20,900 nt of DNA from Thermotogota bacterium (GTDB lineage: Bacteria; Bipolaricaulota; Bipolaricaulia; UBA7950; UBA9294): NCBI GenBank assembly GCA_039679545.1, contig JBDKUT010000148.1, positions 1-20,900 on the forward strand, given 5' to 3'. The notes under the pieces were generated by a model. The model was not told where the DNA came from and searched no databases. It worked only from the letters and a program-made list of their open reading frames with translations. Shown here in pieces: positions 7,651 through 17,654 of this stretch; the first letter of the stretch is position 1; the number at the start of each line of letters is the position of its first letter. The position numbers and the translations under genes are program-made.

Positions 7651-8028
7651 ATGGCGTATCCAACGTCGTATCGCTACACCAAGGAACACGAGTGGGTGAA
7701 GATCGAGGGGAATCGCGCCCGAGTCGGGATCACCGATCACGCCCAGGCTGAGCTTGGTGACGTCGTGTTCGTCGAGCTTCCCACGGTCGGCGCCGATATC
7801 AAGCAGGGTGGACTCCTCGGTACCGTTGAGTCTGTCAAGGCCGTGAGCGACGTCTACGCCCCCGTAAGCGGAAAGGTCGTTGAGGTGAACCGAGACCTCG
7901 AACAGTCTCCCGAGACGGTGAACCAGTCGCCCCACGAGGCCGGCTGGATCGCCGTAATCCAGCTCGCGAATCCCTCCGAGACGGGGAACCTCCTCGACGC
8001 GGCGGCTTACGAAGCGCTCATCGCCTGA
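7651..8028 (+). CDS. gcvH: Glycine cleavage system H protein
   Basis: YTKEHEWV, VGITDHAQAELGDVVFVELP, lipoyl-lysine motif VESVKAVSDVYAPVSG. Confidence 0.98.
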   Translation: MAYPTSYRYTKEHEWVKIEGNRARVGITDHAQAELGDVVFVELPTVGADIKQGGLLGTVESVKAVSDVYAPVSGKVVEVNRDLEQSPETVNQSPHEAGWIAVIQLANPSETGNLLDAAAYEALIA

Positions 8029-8041
8029 AGGGCGATGTCCT

Positions 8042-9364
8042 ATGCGCTACATCCCGAACGCTGACGCAGACCGTCAGGCCATGTTGCGCGAGATCGGGCG
8101 GTCGTCAATCGATGAACTGTTCGCTGACATCCCGCAGCCCGTGATCGACGCCCACCGCCCGCTCAACCTTCTCCCGCGAAGTGAACTCGAGGTGCTCGAC
8201 GAGTTGACGAGGCTCGCGGACGCCAACGAGGCTCCCGGGCGCGTCCCGCTTCTCGGCGGCGGCGTCTACGACCACTACATCCCGCGCGCCGTGCATCACC
8301 TCGCGTCCCGCTCCGAGTTCTACACGGCCTACACGCCGTACCAGCCGGAGATCAGCCAGGGAACGCTCACGGTGATGTTCGAGTTCCAGACGATGATCTC
8401 CGAACTCACGGGAATGGAGATTGCGAATGCGTCCATGTATGACGGCGCGACTGCCCTCGCCGAGGCGGTCCTCATGGCGGAGCGCATTCGGAAGCACGGC
8501 AGGGTCGCGGTGGCGGCCAACCTCTTCTCGCACAACCGGCGCGTCATCAACACGTACGCCTGGGCGGCCGGAGTCGAACTCGTCGACGTGCCCTTCACTC
8601 CAGCGGGCCGTTGCGACCTCGCACGGCTCCCCGAGGGAATCTCCGCTCTCGTCGTCCAATCCCCCAACGCTTTCGGCGTCATCGAGGCTCTCGATGGATT
8701 GAAGGCCCGCCTCGGCGACGCGCTTCTCATTGTGGCTACATACCCGCTCGCCCTCGGGATCCTTGAGCCGCCGGGGGCATTCGGCGCGGACATCGTCGTC
8801 GGCGAGGGGCAGTGCCTCGGCCTCCCCATGGGGTATGGGGGACCTCTCCTCGGCCTCTTCGCAACCAAGAAGGAACACCTGCGGCAGCTCCCGGGACGGG
8901 TGGCCGGCCGCACGGTGGACGCCGACGGACGCCTTGGGTACACGATGACGGCTCAGACGCGCGAGCAGCATATCCGCCGCGAAAAGGCAACGTCCAACAT
9001 CTGCACGAACTCGGCTCACTGCGCGTTGACGGCCACCGTGTACCTTGCGAGCGTCGGGGCCGGCGGCCTGCGACAGGTCGCGCTTCTGAATCTTGAGAAG
9101 GCCCACTACCTCGCCGCAAAGATCGAGAAGCTCAAGGGGTACTCACTCGCCTTCGACGGGCCGTTCTTCAACGAGTTCGTCGTCCGGCCGTCCGGTGATG
9201 CCGGCGCGGTTCGCGAACGGCTCGAGGCCGGCGGATTCCTGGTGGAGTCGTCGCAGACGATGGCCGATCTCGGCGTGCCGAACGCGCTCCGCTTGGCGGT
9301 GACGGAACGGCGCACTCGAGCCGAGCTCGATCGCGTGGTCGACATCCTCGGAGGCAAGCGATGA
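8042..9364 (+). CDS. gcvPA: Glycine dehydrogenase (decarboxylating) subunit 1
   Basis: RSEFYTAYTPYQPEISQG, ANASMYDGATALAEA, GYGGP, QTREQHIRREKATSNICTN. Confidence 0.97.
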   Translation: MRYIPNADADRQAMLREIGRSSIDELFADIPQPVIDAHRPLNLLPRSELEVLDELTRLADANEAPGRVPLLGGGVYDHYIPRAVHHLASRSEFYTAYTPYQPEISQGTLTVMFEFQTMISELTGMEIANASMYDGATALAEAVLMAERIRKHGRVAVAANLFSHNRRVINTYAWAAGVELVDVPFTPAGRCDLARLPEGISALVVQSPNAFGVIEALDGLKARLGDALLIVATYPLALGILEPPGAFGADIVVGEGQCLGLPMGYGGPLLGLFATKKEHLRQLPGRVAGRTVDADGRLGYTMTAQTREQHIRREKATSNICTNSAHCALTATVYLASVGAGGLRQVALLNLEKAHYLAAKIEKLKGYSLAFDGPFFNEFVVRPSGDAGAVRERLEAGGFLVESSQTMADLGVPNALRLAVTERRTRAELDRVVDILGGKR

Positions 9365-10809
9365 GAACGATCTTCGAACGAGGCGCCGCCGAGGCCGCCG
9401 ACGGAATCTTCCCCGCGTGCGACGTCCCGGCGAAGGGGCCGGCCGCGTGGCTCGGCGCGAACCTAATCCGGTCGAAGCTGCCGCGGATCCCGAACACCAG
9501 CGAAACCACGGTCGTTCGGCACTACACCCGCCTCTGCAAGCTGAACTACGGCGTCGACGACGGAATCTACCCACTCGGCAGCTGCACGATGAAGTACAAC
9601 CCGAAGGTGAACGAGGACACAGCGGCGCTTCCGGGGTTCGCCGACGCGCATCCCGGCGCCGACGAGCGCTACGTCCAGGGCTCCCTCGAGCTCTTGTACG
9701 AGCTCACGCGTCTCCTCCAAGGCATCGCCGGTCTTCCCGCCGTCACACTCCAGCCGGTCGCCGGCGCCCACGGCGAGCTCACCGGGATGTTTCTCTTCCG
9801 CAAGTACTTCGAGTCCCGCGGAGAGACCCAACGGACGCGCATTCTACTCCCCGACTCGGCGCACGGGACAAACCCCGCGTCGGCCGCGGTCGCCGGCTTC
9901 TCCGTGACGGAGATCCCTTCGAACGCCCGCGGCACCGTGAACCTCGAGGCCCTGCGCGCTCAGCTGGACGACACGGTGGCGGGGATCATGCTGACCGTCC
10001 CGAATACGCTCGGGATCTTCGAGGAGAACATCCTCGAGGTCACGCGTGCAGTCCACGAGGCCGGGGGGCTCTGCTACTTCGACGGCGCGAACCTGAACTC
10101 GTTCATCGGCCGGGCACGCCCGGGCGACATGGGCGCCGACGTCTTCCACTTCAACCTTCACAAGACGCTGTCGACGCCGCACGGCGGGGGCGGCCCAGGA
10201 GCCGGCGCCGTGGCGGTCTCCGAGCCCTTGGTCGACTTCCTCCCGGTTCCGCGCGTCGTGAAGCGCCGCGATCGATATGCCCTCGACTGGGACTGTCCGA
10301 AGTCGATCGGGAGCGTCCACTCGTTCTTCGGTAACGTCCTCGTTGCCATCAAGGCCTACACCTACGTGCTGCAACTCGGCGACGAAGGATTGCGCGCCGT
10401 CAGCGACAACGCCGTCCTGAACGCCAATTACCTCCAGGAGCGCCTCAAGCGGACCTACACCCTTCCCTACGACCGCCTCTGCAAGCACGAGTTCGTGCTG
10501 ACCTCGGAAGGACTGGCCAAAGGGGTGACGACTCTCGACGTCGCCAAACGGCTGATCGACTACGGCATCCACCCGCCGACCGTCTACTTCCCGCTCATCG
10601 TCCATGAGGCCCTCATGATCGAGCCTACGGAGACCGAGTCACGGGAGACGCTCGATCGGTTCGCGGAGATCCTGGAGCGCATCGCCGTCGAGGCTCGCGA
10701 GCACCCGGAGCTCCTCCACGAGGCTCCGACACGAGCTCCGGTGCGGCGGCTCGACCAGACGGTCGCGGCACGGAACCCTGTATTCACGTTCCCGTTCGAG
10801 ACGGAGTAG
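9361..10809 (+). CDS. gcvPB: Glycine dehydrogenase (decarboxylating) subunit 2
   Basis: YPLGSCTMKYNPKVNE, PDSAHGTNPASA, DGANLN, PLP-lysine HFNLHKTLSTPHGGGGPG, AKRLIDYG.HPPTVYFPLIV; ATGA overlap with gcvPA. Confidence 0.97.
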   Translation: MRTIFERGAAEAADGIFPACDVPAKGPAAWLGANLIRSKLPRIPNTSETTVVRHYTRLCKLNYGVDDGIYPLGSCTMKYNPKVNEDTAALPGFADAHPGADERYVQGSLELLYELTRLLQGIAGLPAVTLQPVAGAHGELTGMFLFRKYFESRGETQRTRILLPDSAHGTNPASAAVAGFSVTEIPSNARGTVNLEALRAQLDDTVAGIMLTVPNTLGIFEENILEVTRAVHEAGGLCYFDGANLNSFIGRARPGDMGADVFHFNLHKTLSTPHGGGGPGAGAVAVSEPLVDFLPVPRVVKRRDRYALDWDCPKSIGSVHSFFGNVLVAIKAYTYVLQLGDEGLRAVSDNAVLNANYLQERLKRTYTLPYDRLCKHEFVLTSEGLAKGVTTLDVAKRLIDYGIHPPTVYFPLIVHEALMIEPTETESRETLDRFAEILERIAVEAREHPELLHEAPTRAPVRRLDQTVAARNPVFTFPFETE

Positions 10810-10822
10810 GCAGAGCGCGGCT

Positions 10823-12169
10823 TCAAACGGCCGGCGAAGCTCGATCAACCTCGCGCTCGAGCCCCGTCGCGAGGTCCTCGCACGTTCGGTCGCACAGCCG
10901 TTGGTCATCGGCCTCGACGAGGATTCGCAGAACCGGCTGGGTTCCCGACGGACGCACGACTACACGACCCCGCTCGGCAAGTGCCTTCTCGGCCTTCGCG
11001 ACCAGGGCAGCCACCGCCTTGCGCCCGGCGAGCTTGTCCGGATGCGGGCACGGAACGTTCCGCGACGCCTGAGGGTAGAGGGGCACGCGATCCGCCAGGG
11101 CCTCCAGGTCGGTCTTCGCCTCGTGGGCGATCTCGAGAAGCTTCACGGCCGTGAGAATTCCATCGCCCGTGGGAGCGTGATCAGCAAAAATCACGTGCCC
11201 GGACGGCTCTCCGCCGATCTTCGCGCCGCGCGCGATCATCGCTTGGGCGACGTTTCGATCCCCAACCGGCGTACGGACCACCTCGACGCCGTGCGGAGCG
11301 AGCGCCTTCTCGAGTCCGAAGTTGGAGAGCACGGTGGTCACGACGACGCGCGGCGTGAGGAGACCGCGAGAGAGCCAGTGCTGGGCAACGATGCCGATGA
11401 CCTGGTCGCCGTCGATCGTCTTCCCGCCCGCCGAAACGAGAAGGACGCGATCTCCGTCGCCGTCGAACGCGAGTCCGAGGTCGGCGTGGTGCTCCGCGAC
11501 GGCCGCACGCACGGTCTCCAAGTGCGTCGAGCCGCACCCCACGTTGATCCGATCACCGTCCGTCGACGTGTTCAATTCGATAACGCGAGCTCCCAAGTGG
11601 CGCAGGACGTGAGGGGCGATCGGTCCCGTGGCTCCGAACGCGCAGTCGATCACGATCGAGAGGCCGGACAGATCGACATCCTCGCTCTCGATCGCCCCCG
11701 TCAAGAAGGCCGCGTACCGCGTAGCCGCCGCCTCGAGCCGTCGGATCGTCGCAGCGCGCGGCGCCGGAACGAATGGGCCCGGAAGAGCAGCTTCAATCTC
11801 GATCTCCTGTTCTGCCACGAGTTTGCCTCCCGACCGATCGAAGAACTTGATCCCGTTGTCCCCGGGAGGGTTGTGCGAGGCGGAGATCACAGCGCCGAGA
11901 TCCGCTCGCTCGTCCTTAATGAGGAACGAGATGGCGGGCGTTGGGATGATCCCGGCAAGGCCCACGTCGACGCCGGCCGACGCGAAGCCCGCGGCAAGCG
12001 CGGCTTCGAGCATCGGCCCGCTTGTCCGAGAGTCCCGTCCGATGATGACGCGGCCGCCGTTGGGCACGAGGCGCGCCGCCGCCGCCCGCGCAAGGGACAC
12101 CGCAAGTTCGGGGGTCAGGAGGCGGTTCGCTTCGCCTCGAACCCCGTCGGTTCCGAACAGGGGCGTCAT
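10823..12169 (-). CDS. glmM: Phosphoglucosamine mutase
   Basis: LFGTDGVRG, GRDSRTSG, ISASHNP..DNGIKFF, AFDGDGDR, GGEPSGH, VRPSGTQP..R; start ATG 12169 overlaps the upstream stop. Confidence 0.95.
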   Translation of the reverse strand: MTPLFGTDGVRGEANRLLTPELAVSLARAAAARLVPNGGRVIIGRDSRTSGPMLEAALAAGFASAGVDVGLAGIIPTPAISFLIKDERADLGAVISASHNPPGDNGIKFFDRSGGKLVAEQEIEIEAALPGPFVPAPRAATIRRLEAAATRYAAFLTGAIESEDVDLSGLSIVIDCAFGATGPIAPHVLRHLGARVIELNTSTDGDRINVGCGSTHLETVRAAVAEHHADLGLAFDGDGDRVLLVSAGGKTIDGDQVIGIVAQHWLSRGLLTPRVVVTTVLSNFGLEKALAPHGVEVVRTPVGDRNVAQAMIARGAKIGGEPSGHVIFADHAPTGDGILTAVKLLEIAHEAKTDLEALADRVPLYPQASRNVPCPHPDKLAGRKAVAALVAKAEKALAERGRVVVRPSGTQPVLRILVEADDQRLCDRTCEDLATGLEREVDRASPAV

Positions 12170-12639
12170 CCGGGTGACCACCTTCCGGCGACGGTCATGA
12201 GCGGCATCGGAAACGACAGCGGGTAAAGGAACTCGCCCGCAACGGAGACCGTGATTGCTGAAGTCAGCCGCGCGTCCCACGAGAAGCCTGCCCCAACGAA
12301 CGGGGTCGGGTAGGGCTGCGCAGGGTCGAAGTACGAGATCCCCGTCGACAGACGAAGGAAGATCTCCGCGAAGTCGGGGTTGTCCGACAAGCGAACGTCA
12401 CCCGAGATCGTAATCAGCGTCTCCCCGCGGGTGGAGAGGAAGAACGTCGCGGAGGCGACCCCGAACGAGACGTCGGCCGCCGCCTCCAGGCCGAGGAGGA
12501 ACGGGACGTCGCCGAGCGGAACGACCATTCGCAGGCCGATCGATCGAAACGACGCGCTCTGACCGGCCATCGCGGTCACCGCCACGAGGGCGACAACCAC
12601 AACGAGGCACTGAACCGCTCGCACACCGCGACACGTCAT
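12166..12639 (-). CDS. Exported hypothetical protein, possible small outer-membrane beta-barrel
   Basis: Signal peptide (LVVVVALVAVTAMA), alternating hydrophobic beta strands (PFVGAGFSW, VSVAGEFLY), aromatic residue near the C-terminus (VAGRW); ATGA overlap with glmM. Confidence 0.65.
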   Translation of the reverse strand: MTCRGVRAVQCLVVVVALVAVTAMAGQSASFRSIGLRMVVPLGDVPFLLGLEAAADVSFGVASATFFLSTRGETLITISGDVRLSDNPDFAEIFLRLSTGISYFDPAQPYPTPFVGAGFSWDARLTSAITVSVAGEFLYPLSFPMPLMTVAGRWSPG

Positions 12640-12676
12640 GGCGGAAGTCTATCCGAAAGCGTGTCGGCCGCGCGAT

Positions 12677-14329
12677 CTACGGTCCGATCCAGCGGGCGAC
12701 GTCCCCGATGCTCGGCTCGAAGTCGGACGTTCGAACACCGTAGGAGACGCGATCATGCACTTCCACGATCTCGATCTCCCCCTTCTTCGCTGTTACGTCG
12801 AACCCGAGGATCTCGAGGCTTTGAGGATCGGAGACGAGATTCTCGACGGCAAGAATTTCGAACCGATCTCCGACAGCGACCCCGGACGACGACCCGATGT
12901 TGATCGCCACTCGCCCGTCCGGGAGTGTGGCGGCGACTTGGCCAGACCTCGCAAGCGCCGGCTGCTGTTCGGCCGCCGCCGAGGCCGCACCCAGAAGCCT
13001 CCCTCCATCCGCGGTGCGGGAGGCGTTGCTCGCCACAGCGGAGAGAACAGATGCGGCAAGCTGGTCGACGACCTGATGCACAGCCATGCCGGCAATCGTG
13101 CGGTCGAACGCTTCGGTCCCGACGGTGATTTCCCCGACCGGAGGCGCGGAGGCGCTCCCCCCAGGACGGATTTGGAAACCTACGGCCGCGGCATACGAAT
13201 CGCCGTTCCACAGCTTGGCGGTGTAGAGCCCTGGGCCGACCTGGGCTCCCAGCGCATCTCGCTGGTCCCAAAACCACTTTCCGCACTCGCCGGTGCCGAT
13301 GAAACGCCATCCGAGCCAGCCGAGGAACTCGTTCGACGCCGTGTAGATCTCGACGCTGAACCAGCCGCCGTTCGCATCGTTCGCGTACCCGATCGGCACC
13401 GTCTCCCCGACCGAGTACTCCGCGTCGTCGCTTCGCAGGCCTCCGCCACAGACGTCGTACGCGTTCGCCAGAGCGAGGAATCCCGTCAGATCGACGGAGA
13501 CTCCGGTCGCGCCCTCTTCCCGTCCCTTGGCCGACACCGAGGACGTGGAGACCCCCGTCTGCACATCGACCACTTGAGCCGAGGCGCGAACGTCGACCGC
13601 GGCGCTGGAGAACCGAACGATCCCTAGGTTGAGCGTGATCTCCGCCACATCCACGGAGTCCACGGCGCCAGCAATCACCAGATCCACGCCGAGCTCTCGG
13701 GCTGCAAGGATCAAGTTTTCGGGAAGAAATGGATTCAGGCTCCGCTCCTGCAGAATGGCCTCAAGCTCACCGCGTTTGACAACCACAAGGCCGGACCCGC
13801 TGAGCCGACCGGCCAGCTCGTCCGCCACGCCGGCGCCCACGTTCACAAACCCGGCGCGGCTTCGGTCGGCGAACTCCGCAACCGCTACGCGGACGCCGCT
13901 GACGGCCTCGGACGACGTGGATGCAAACGGCACGAAGACCGTGATCGATGCGGAGTTGTTGGTCTCCCTCGATTCGGGGACGCGATTGAACGGCTCGTCG
14001 ACGTCCACGGTCAGGATGTGCGGCCCCTCCTCCGCAATCCACGACGCCGATACCTCGCGTTGGTCCCGCGCTTCCATTCCTCCGACGATCGTGGAACTAG
14101 CGAACTCCTCGCCGTCGACAAAGAATCGCACCGAGACCGAGGACCCGAAGCGTCCGTCCCCCGCGTTCTCGATCACTGCCACCAAGGTGGCCACGGTGCC
14201 GGGAAACGGAACCGGCGGTCGGACCTCAAGGCTCGACACGATGAGGTCCGACCGTGCGGCTGCGACGATCGAGATGCACACGACCGCCGCCGCGAGGGCC
14301 AACCCTGTGCCTACGATCCGCCTTCCCAT
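12677..14329 (-). CDS. Secreted multidomain protein: CARDB + CsgG/HfaB-like + Ig-like insert + FlgT-C-like domain
   Basis: GGAGGAG RBS; signal peptide; CARDB (SDLIVSSL...IENAG...VDEPFNRVPESRETNN); CsgG-like (RVAVAEF...VVKRGELEAILQE...LGVDLVIAGAV...VDVQTG); WDQRD..G..VGPGLY Ig motif; INIGSSSGVAVGDRF C-terminal domain. Confidence 0.75.
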   Translation of the reverse strand: MGRRIVGTGLALAAAVVCISIVAAARSDLIVSSLEVRPPVPFPGTVATLVAVIENAGDGRFGSSVSVRFFVDGEEFASSTIVGGMEARDQREVSASWIAEEGPHILTVDVDEPFNRVPESRETNNSASITVFVPFASTSSEAVSGVRVAVAEFADRSRAGFVNVGAGVADELAGRLSGSGLVVVKRGELEAILQERSLNPFLPENLILAARELGVDLVIAGAVDSVDVAEITLNLGIVRFSSAAVDVRASAQVVDVQTGVSTSSVSAKGREEGATGVSVDLTGFLALANAYDVCGGGLRSDDAEYSVGETVPIGYANDANGGWFSVEIYTASNEFLGWLGWRFIGTGECGKWFWDQRDALGAQVGPGLYTAKLWNGDSYAAAVGFQIRPGGSASAPPVGEITVGTEAFDRTIAGMAVHQVVDQLAASVLSAVASNASRTADGGRLLGAASAAAEQQPALARSGQVAATLPDGRVAINIGSSSGVAVGDRFEILAVENLVSDPQSLEILGFDVTAKKGEIEIVEVHDRVSYGVRTSDFEPSIGDVARWIGP

Positions 14330-14413
14330 CACTCCTCCGTGTGTAGCGTACGTACACGCTCGCCGCCGCGGAGTTTCGCGCCGCACACCGCCGCGCGGCC
14401 CGGCGTCGACTTG

Positions 14414-17164
14414 CTAGATCTCCCCCCAATGCCGTCCGACGGACATCTTCACCTCGAGGGGGACGCGGAGTTCGAGGACCTCCCGCATCGCTCGCTCGAT
14501 CTCACACGAAATCTTAGAGCATGCGCTCTCCTCAACCTCAAAGACCAACTCGTCGTGGATCTGCAGCAGCATCTTCGCCGGCCACCGCGCGTTCCGCATC
14601 TTGCGATCAATGTCAATCATCGCGAGCTTGATTAGGTCGGCCGCACTGCCCTGAATCGGCGTGTTCACGGCGTTCCGTCGGTCGAAGTTTCTGCGTGACG
14701 CGTCCTTCGAGCCGAGGTCGCGCAATGGACGTCGGCGCCCGAGCAGCGTCTCCGCGTAGCCACGCTCGGCCGCTCGCCGGATCAACGTCTCGATGTACGC
14801 GTGGGCGTCAGGGTATGCCGCAAAGAAACGGTCGATGTACGCCTTCGCCTCCGTCTGGGAGGTCCCCAGCTCCCTGGCGAGGCCGAACGGACTGATCCCA
14901 TACAGGATGCCAAAGTTGATCCGCTTCGCCGCGTCGCGCTGCGCTGCCGTCACGAGATCCTCAGACACACCGAACACGCGGCTCGCCGTGACCCGATGCA
15001 GATCGGCTCCCGCCTCGAACGCCTTGCGGAGCTCCGAGTCGCCCGACAGGTGGCACAACAAGCGCAGCTCGATTTGCGAGTAGTCGGCGCCTACCAGGAC
15101 CCATCCTTCGGGCGCCACGAACGCTTGCCGGACGCGTCCGCCGATCTCCGTGCGGGTAGGGATGTTCTGCAGGTTCGGGTCGGACGACGATAGCCTCCCC
15201 GTCGCCGTCGACGTTTGATGGAAACTCGTATGAATCCTCCCCGTACGGCGGTTCACCGCCTTGGGAAGCTGCTCGATGTACGTCGAGAGGAGCTTTTTCA
15301 GCTCGCGATGGACGATAAGTTTGCCCGGCAGCGGGTGCTGGATCGCCAGTTCGGCGAGCACCTCCGCGCTCGTGGACGGCCCGCTCTTCGTCCGCGCCAG
15401 AACAGGCAGCCGAAGCCGATCAAAGAGAAGCTCGGCCACCTGCTTGGGCGAGTTCGGGTTGAACGGACCGCCGGCGATGTCGAACAAGTCGGACTCAACG
15501 ATCGCAAGCTCCTTGCGGATCTCGTCGCCCTGAGCCGCCAGCTCGCCGCAGTCCACAAGAATGCCGTTTCGCTCCATCCGCGCGAGCACGGAGACGAGGG
15601 GCACTTCCACGGTCTCGAACAAGCGCGCGGCCCCGACCTCTCGAAGCGCATCCGAGAGGGGGCCGTACAACCGCTGGACGACCTCCGCGTCCTCCGCCGC
15701 ATAGCGCGTCGCTTGGTCCACCGGCACGGCGGCAAACGCTCCGTTCTTCCCGGCGACCTGTTCGTAGGTCACGGTCTCGTATCCCAGCACGGTGCGTGCG
15801 ATCTCGTCCAGGTTGTGCCGACGTTCCTCGGGGCGAACGAGGTGCGAGGCAATCATCGAGTCGAAGGCGACGCCGCCCGGATGAACGCCGTACCGTTCGA
15901 GGATCGTGATGTCGTACTTCAGGTTCTGTCCGATGATCGCGGGGGTCTCAGCTTCGATCAGCGGCCGCAGGGCCTCCAACACGCGGTCAACGGGAAGCTG
16001 AGGCGGCGCGCCCAAGGCATCGTGCCCAACCGGGATGTAGTACCCGAGAAGAGGGGCCGGGGACACAGCAATTCCCACGATTTCCGCCTCCATGGGGTCC
16101 AAGCCGGTCGTCTCGAGGTCGAGGGCGAACCGCTCGGCGGCGGCGAGGACCGCGGTCGCCTCCGCCAGACCCGCCTCGTCGAGCACACAGCGGTAATCCA
16201 GGGCGGGGACCGCCGCGACAGGCCTCGGCTCGGCCGGGCCGGGAGGGGGTGCGCTCAGCCGGAGCTCATCCAGCGCGCTGCGAAACCCGACGTCGGCAAA
16301 GAACCGCGCCAGCCCTGCGGTGTCCACTCCGCGAAGGCCGCAGGCCTCGCGAACGCCCGCCGTCGGAAGGCCCGTCCGAAGCTGGATGAGTTGCTGGGCC
16401 CGGTGTGCAACGGCCTCGTTCTCTCGCAGTTTCTCGCGAATGCGCACATTGCGGACCTCATCGAGGGAGCGGAGGATGTTGTCGAGCGAACCGAACTGGT
16501 GAAGGAGCTCGACCGCCGTCTTTTCTCCGACCCCCGGGACGCCCGGGACGTTGTCCGAGGTGTCGCCGACCATGGCGAGGAAGTCGACGATCTGATCGGG
16601 CGACACTCCGTACGTGCGGCGGACTCCGTCCGGATCCAGGACCTGCCCCTCGGCGTCGGCACCCCTCCCTGTCGGACGGAGTAGGGCAACCTGTTCGCTG
16701 ACGACCTGAGCCATGTCCTTGTCGTTCGTCGAGATGAGGCACCGCAGTCCCTCCGCCGACGCCCGCTCCGCCAGAGTTGCCAGGACGTCGTCGGCCTCGA
16801 CCCCCTCCAAGCTCAGGACAGGAATCCCGAGGATGCCGAGAAGATCAACGATGAGAGGTATCTGGGCCGAGAGGTCGGCGGGCATCGGCTTGCGCGTCGC
16901 CTTGTACTCGCCGTACAGGTCGTGCCGGAATGTGCGCCCGCCCGCATCCAGCACGACCGCCGCGTAAGCCGACGGGTAGTCGCGAAACGCGTGAAGAAAG
17001 GCTTTCCAGAATCCGAAGAGGGCGTTGATGGGGCGCCCGTCCGGAGCCGATAGGTCGCGGATCGCGTAGTAGGCGCGGTAGATGTGGGAGTGCCCGTCGA
17101 ACAGAAGAACACGGGACTCGTCTTGCGGACCGGGAAGACGAAGAACCTCTTCATACGTAGACAT
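14414..17164 (-). CDS. polA: DNA polymerase I
   Basis: 5' nuclease (LFDGHSHIYRAYYA, YKATR, EADD, GDTSDNVPGVPGVGEKTA); intact 3'-5' exonuclease motifs (DLETT, NLKYD, YAAEDA); polymerase motifs (TGRLSSSDPNLQNIP, DYSQIELR, KRINFGILYG, QIHDEL); start ATG 17164 after GGAGGAG. Confidence 0.98.
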   Translation of the reverse strand: MSTYEEVLRLPGPQDESRVLLFDGHSHIYRAYYAIRDLSAPDGRPINALFGFWKAFLHAFRDYPSAYAAVVLDAGGRTFRHDLYGEYKATRKPMPADLSAQIPLIVDLLGILGIPVLSLEGVEADDVLATLAERASAEGLRCLISTNDKDMAQVVSEQVALLRPTGRGADAEGQVLDPDGVRRTYGVSPDQIVDFLAMVGDTSDNVPGVPGVGEKTAVELLHQFGSLDNILRSLDEVRNVRIREKLRENEAVAHRAQQLIQLRTGLPTAGVREACGLRGVDTAGLARFFADVGFRSALDELRLSAPPPGPAEPRPVAAVPALDYRCVLDEAGLAEATAVLAAAERFALDLETTGLDPMEAEIVGIAVSPAPLLGYYIPVGHDALGAPPQLPVDRVLEALRPLIEAETPAIIGQNLKYDITILERYGVHPGGVAFDSMIASHLVRPEERRHNLDEIARTVLGYETVTYEQVAGKNGAFAAVPVDQATRYAAEDAEVVQRLYGPLSDALREVGAARLFETVEVPLVSVLARMERNGILVDCGELAAQGDEIRKELAIVESDLFDIAGGPFNPNSPKQVAELLFDRLRLPVLARTKSGPSTSAEVLAELAIQHPLPGKLIVHRELKKLLSTYIEQLPKAVNRRTGRIHTSFHQTSTATGRLSSSDPNLQNIPTRTEIGGRVRQAFVAPEGWVLVGADYSQIELRLLCHLSGDSELRKAFEAGADLHRVTASRVFGVSEDLVTAAQRDAAKRINFGILYGISPFGLARELGTSQTEAKAYIDRFFAAYPDAHAYIETLIRRAAERGYAETLLGRRRPLRDLGSKDASRRNFDRRNAVNTPIQGSAADLIKLAMIDIDRKMRNARWPAKMLLQIHDELVFEVEESACSKISCEIERAMREVLELRVPLEVKMSVGRHWGEI

Positions 17165-17654
17165 CGTCGGCTCCTCCCGGGCTGCGAAGGTCGAGAAGAT
17201 AGCAGAGGGCGAGAGCGAGGGCATCGGCCATGTCGTCCGGCTTCGGCGTTTCCGAAAGGCCGAGAAGCCGCTTCACCATCGCCTGGACCTGTGCCTTGTT
17301 GGCTCGTCCGTATCCAGTGATCCGCTTCTTCACTTGCAGAGGCGTGTAGCCGCGCACCGCGAACCCGGACGCCGCGACGAGGATGGCGCCGCGAGCCTCC
17401 GCCGTCCTCATGGCCGACTTCGCGTTGGTCGCGAAGTACACCTCCTCGACAGCGATGCCGCGCGGGCCGTAGAGGTCCACCAGTTCCCTCGTCTCGGCGG
17501 ACAGCGTCGCGAGACGATCCGCGCGTGCATGGTTCGCCGGAGTCTCGATGACGCCACCCGCAAGGACGTGCCACCCCTGCAACGTGGCCTGGACGACGCC
17601 GTACCCCGTCGTCGCCAACCCCGGATCGAAGCCGATGGCTATTTCGTCGACCAT
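17151..17654 (-). CDS. ruvC: Holliday junction resolvase RuvC
   Basis: IGFDPGLATTGYG, VEEVYF, AEARG, YTPLQVK..ITGYGRANKAQV, PDDMADALALA. Confidence 0.96.
   Translation of the reverse strand: MVDEIAIGFDPGLATTGYGVVQATLQGWHVLAGGVIETPANHARADRLATLSAETRELVDLYGPRGIAVEEVYFATNAKSAMRTAEARGAILVAASGFAVRGYTPLQVKKRITGYGRANKAQVQAMVKRLLGLSETPKPDDMADALALALCYLLDLRSPGGADDVYV

Noticed and set aside
6172..17164. Inteins or introns in dnaB or polA
   Set aside because: Both have normal length and contiguous motifs.
17151..17654. RuvC fold as a TnpB/Cas12 or other CRISPR-type nuclease
   Set aside because: It is a canonical 167-aa resolvase in a housekeeping operon; no repeat-spacer array is seen anywhere in the window.
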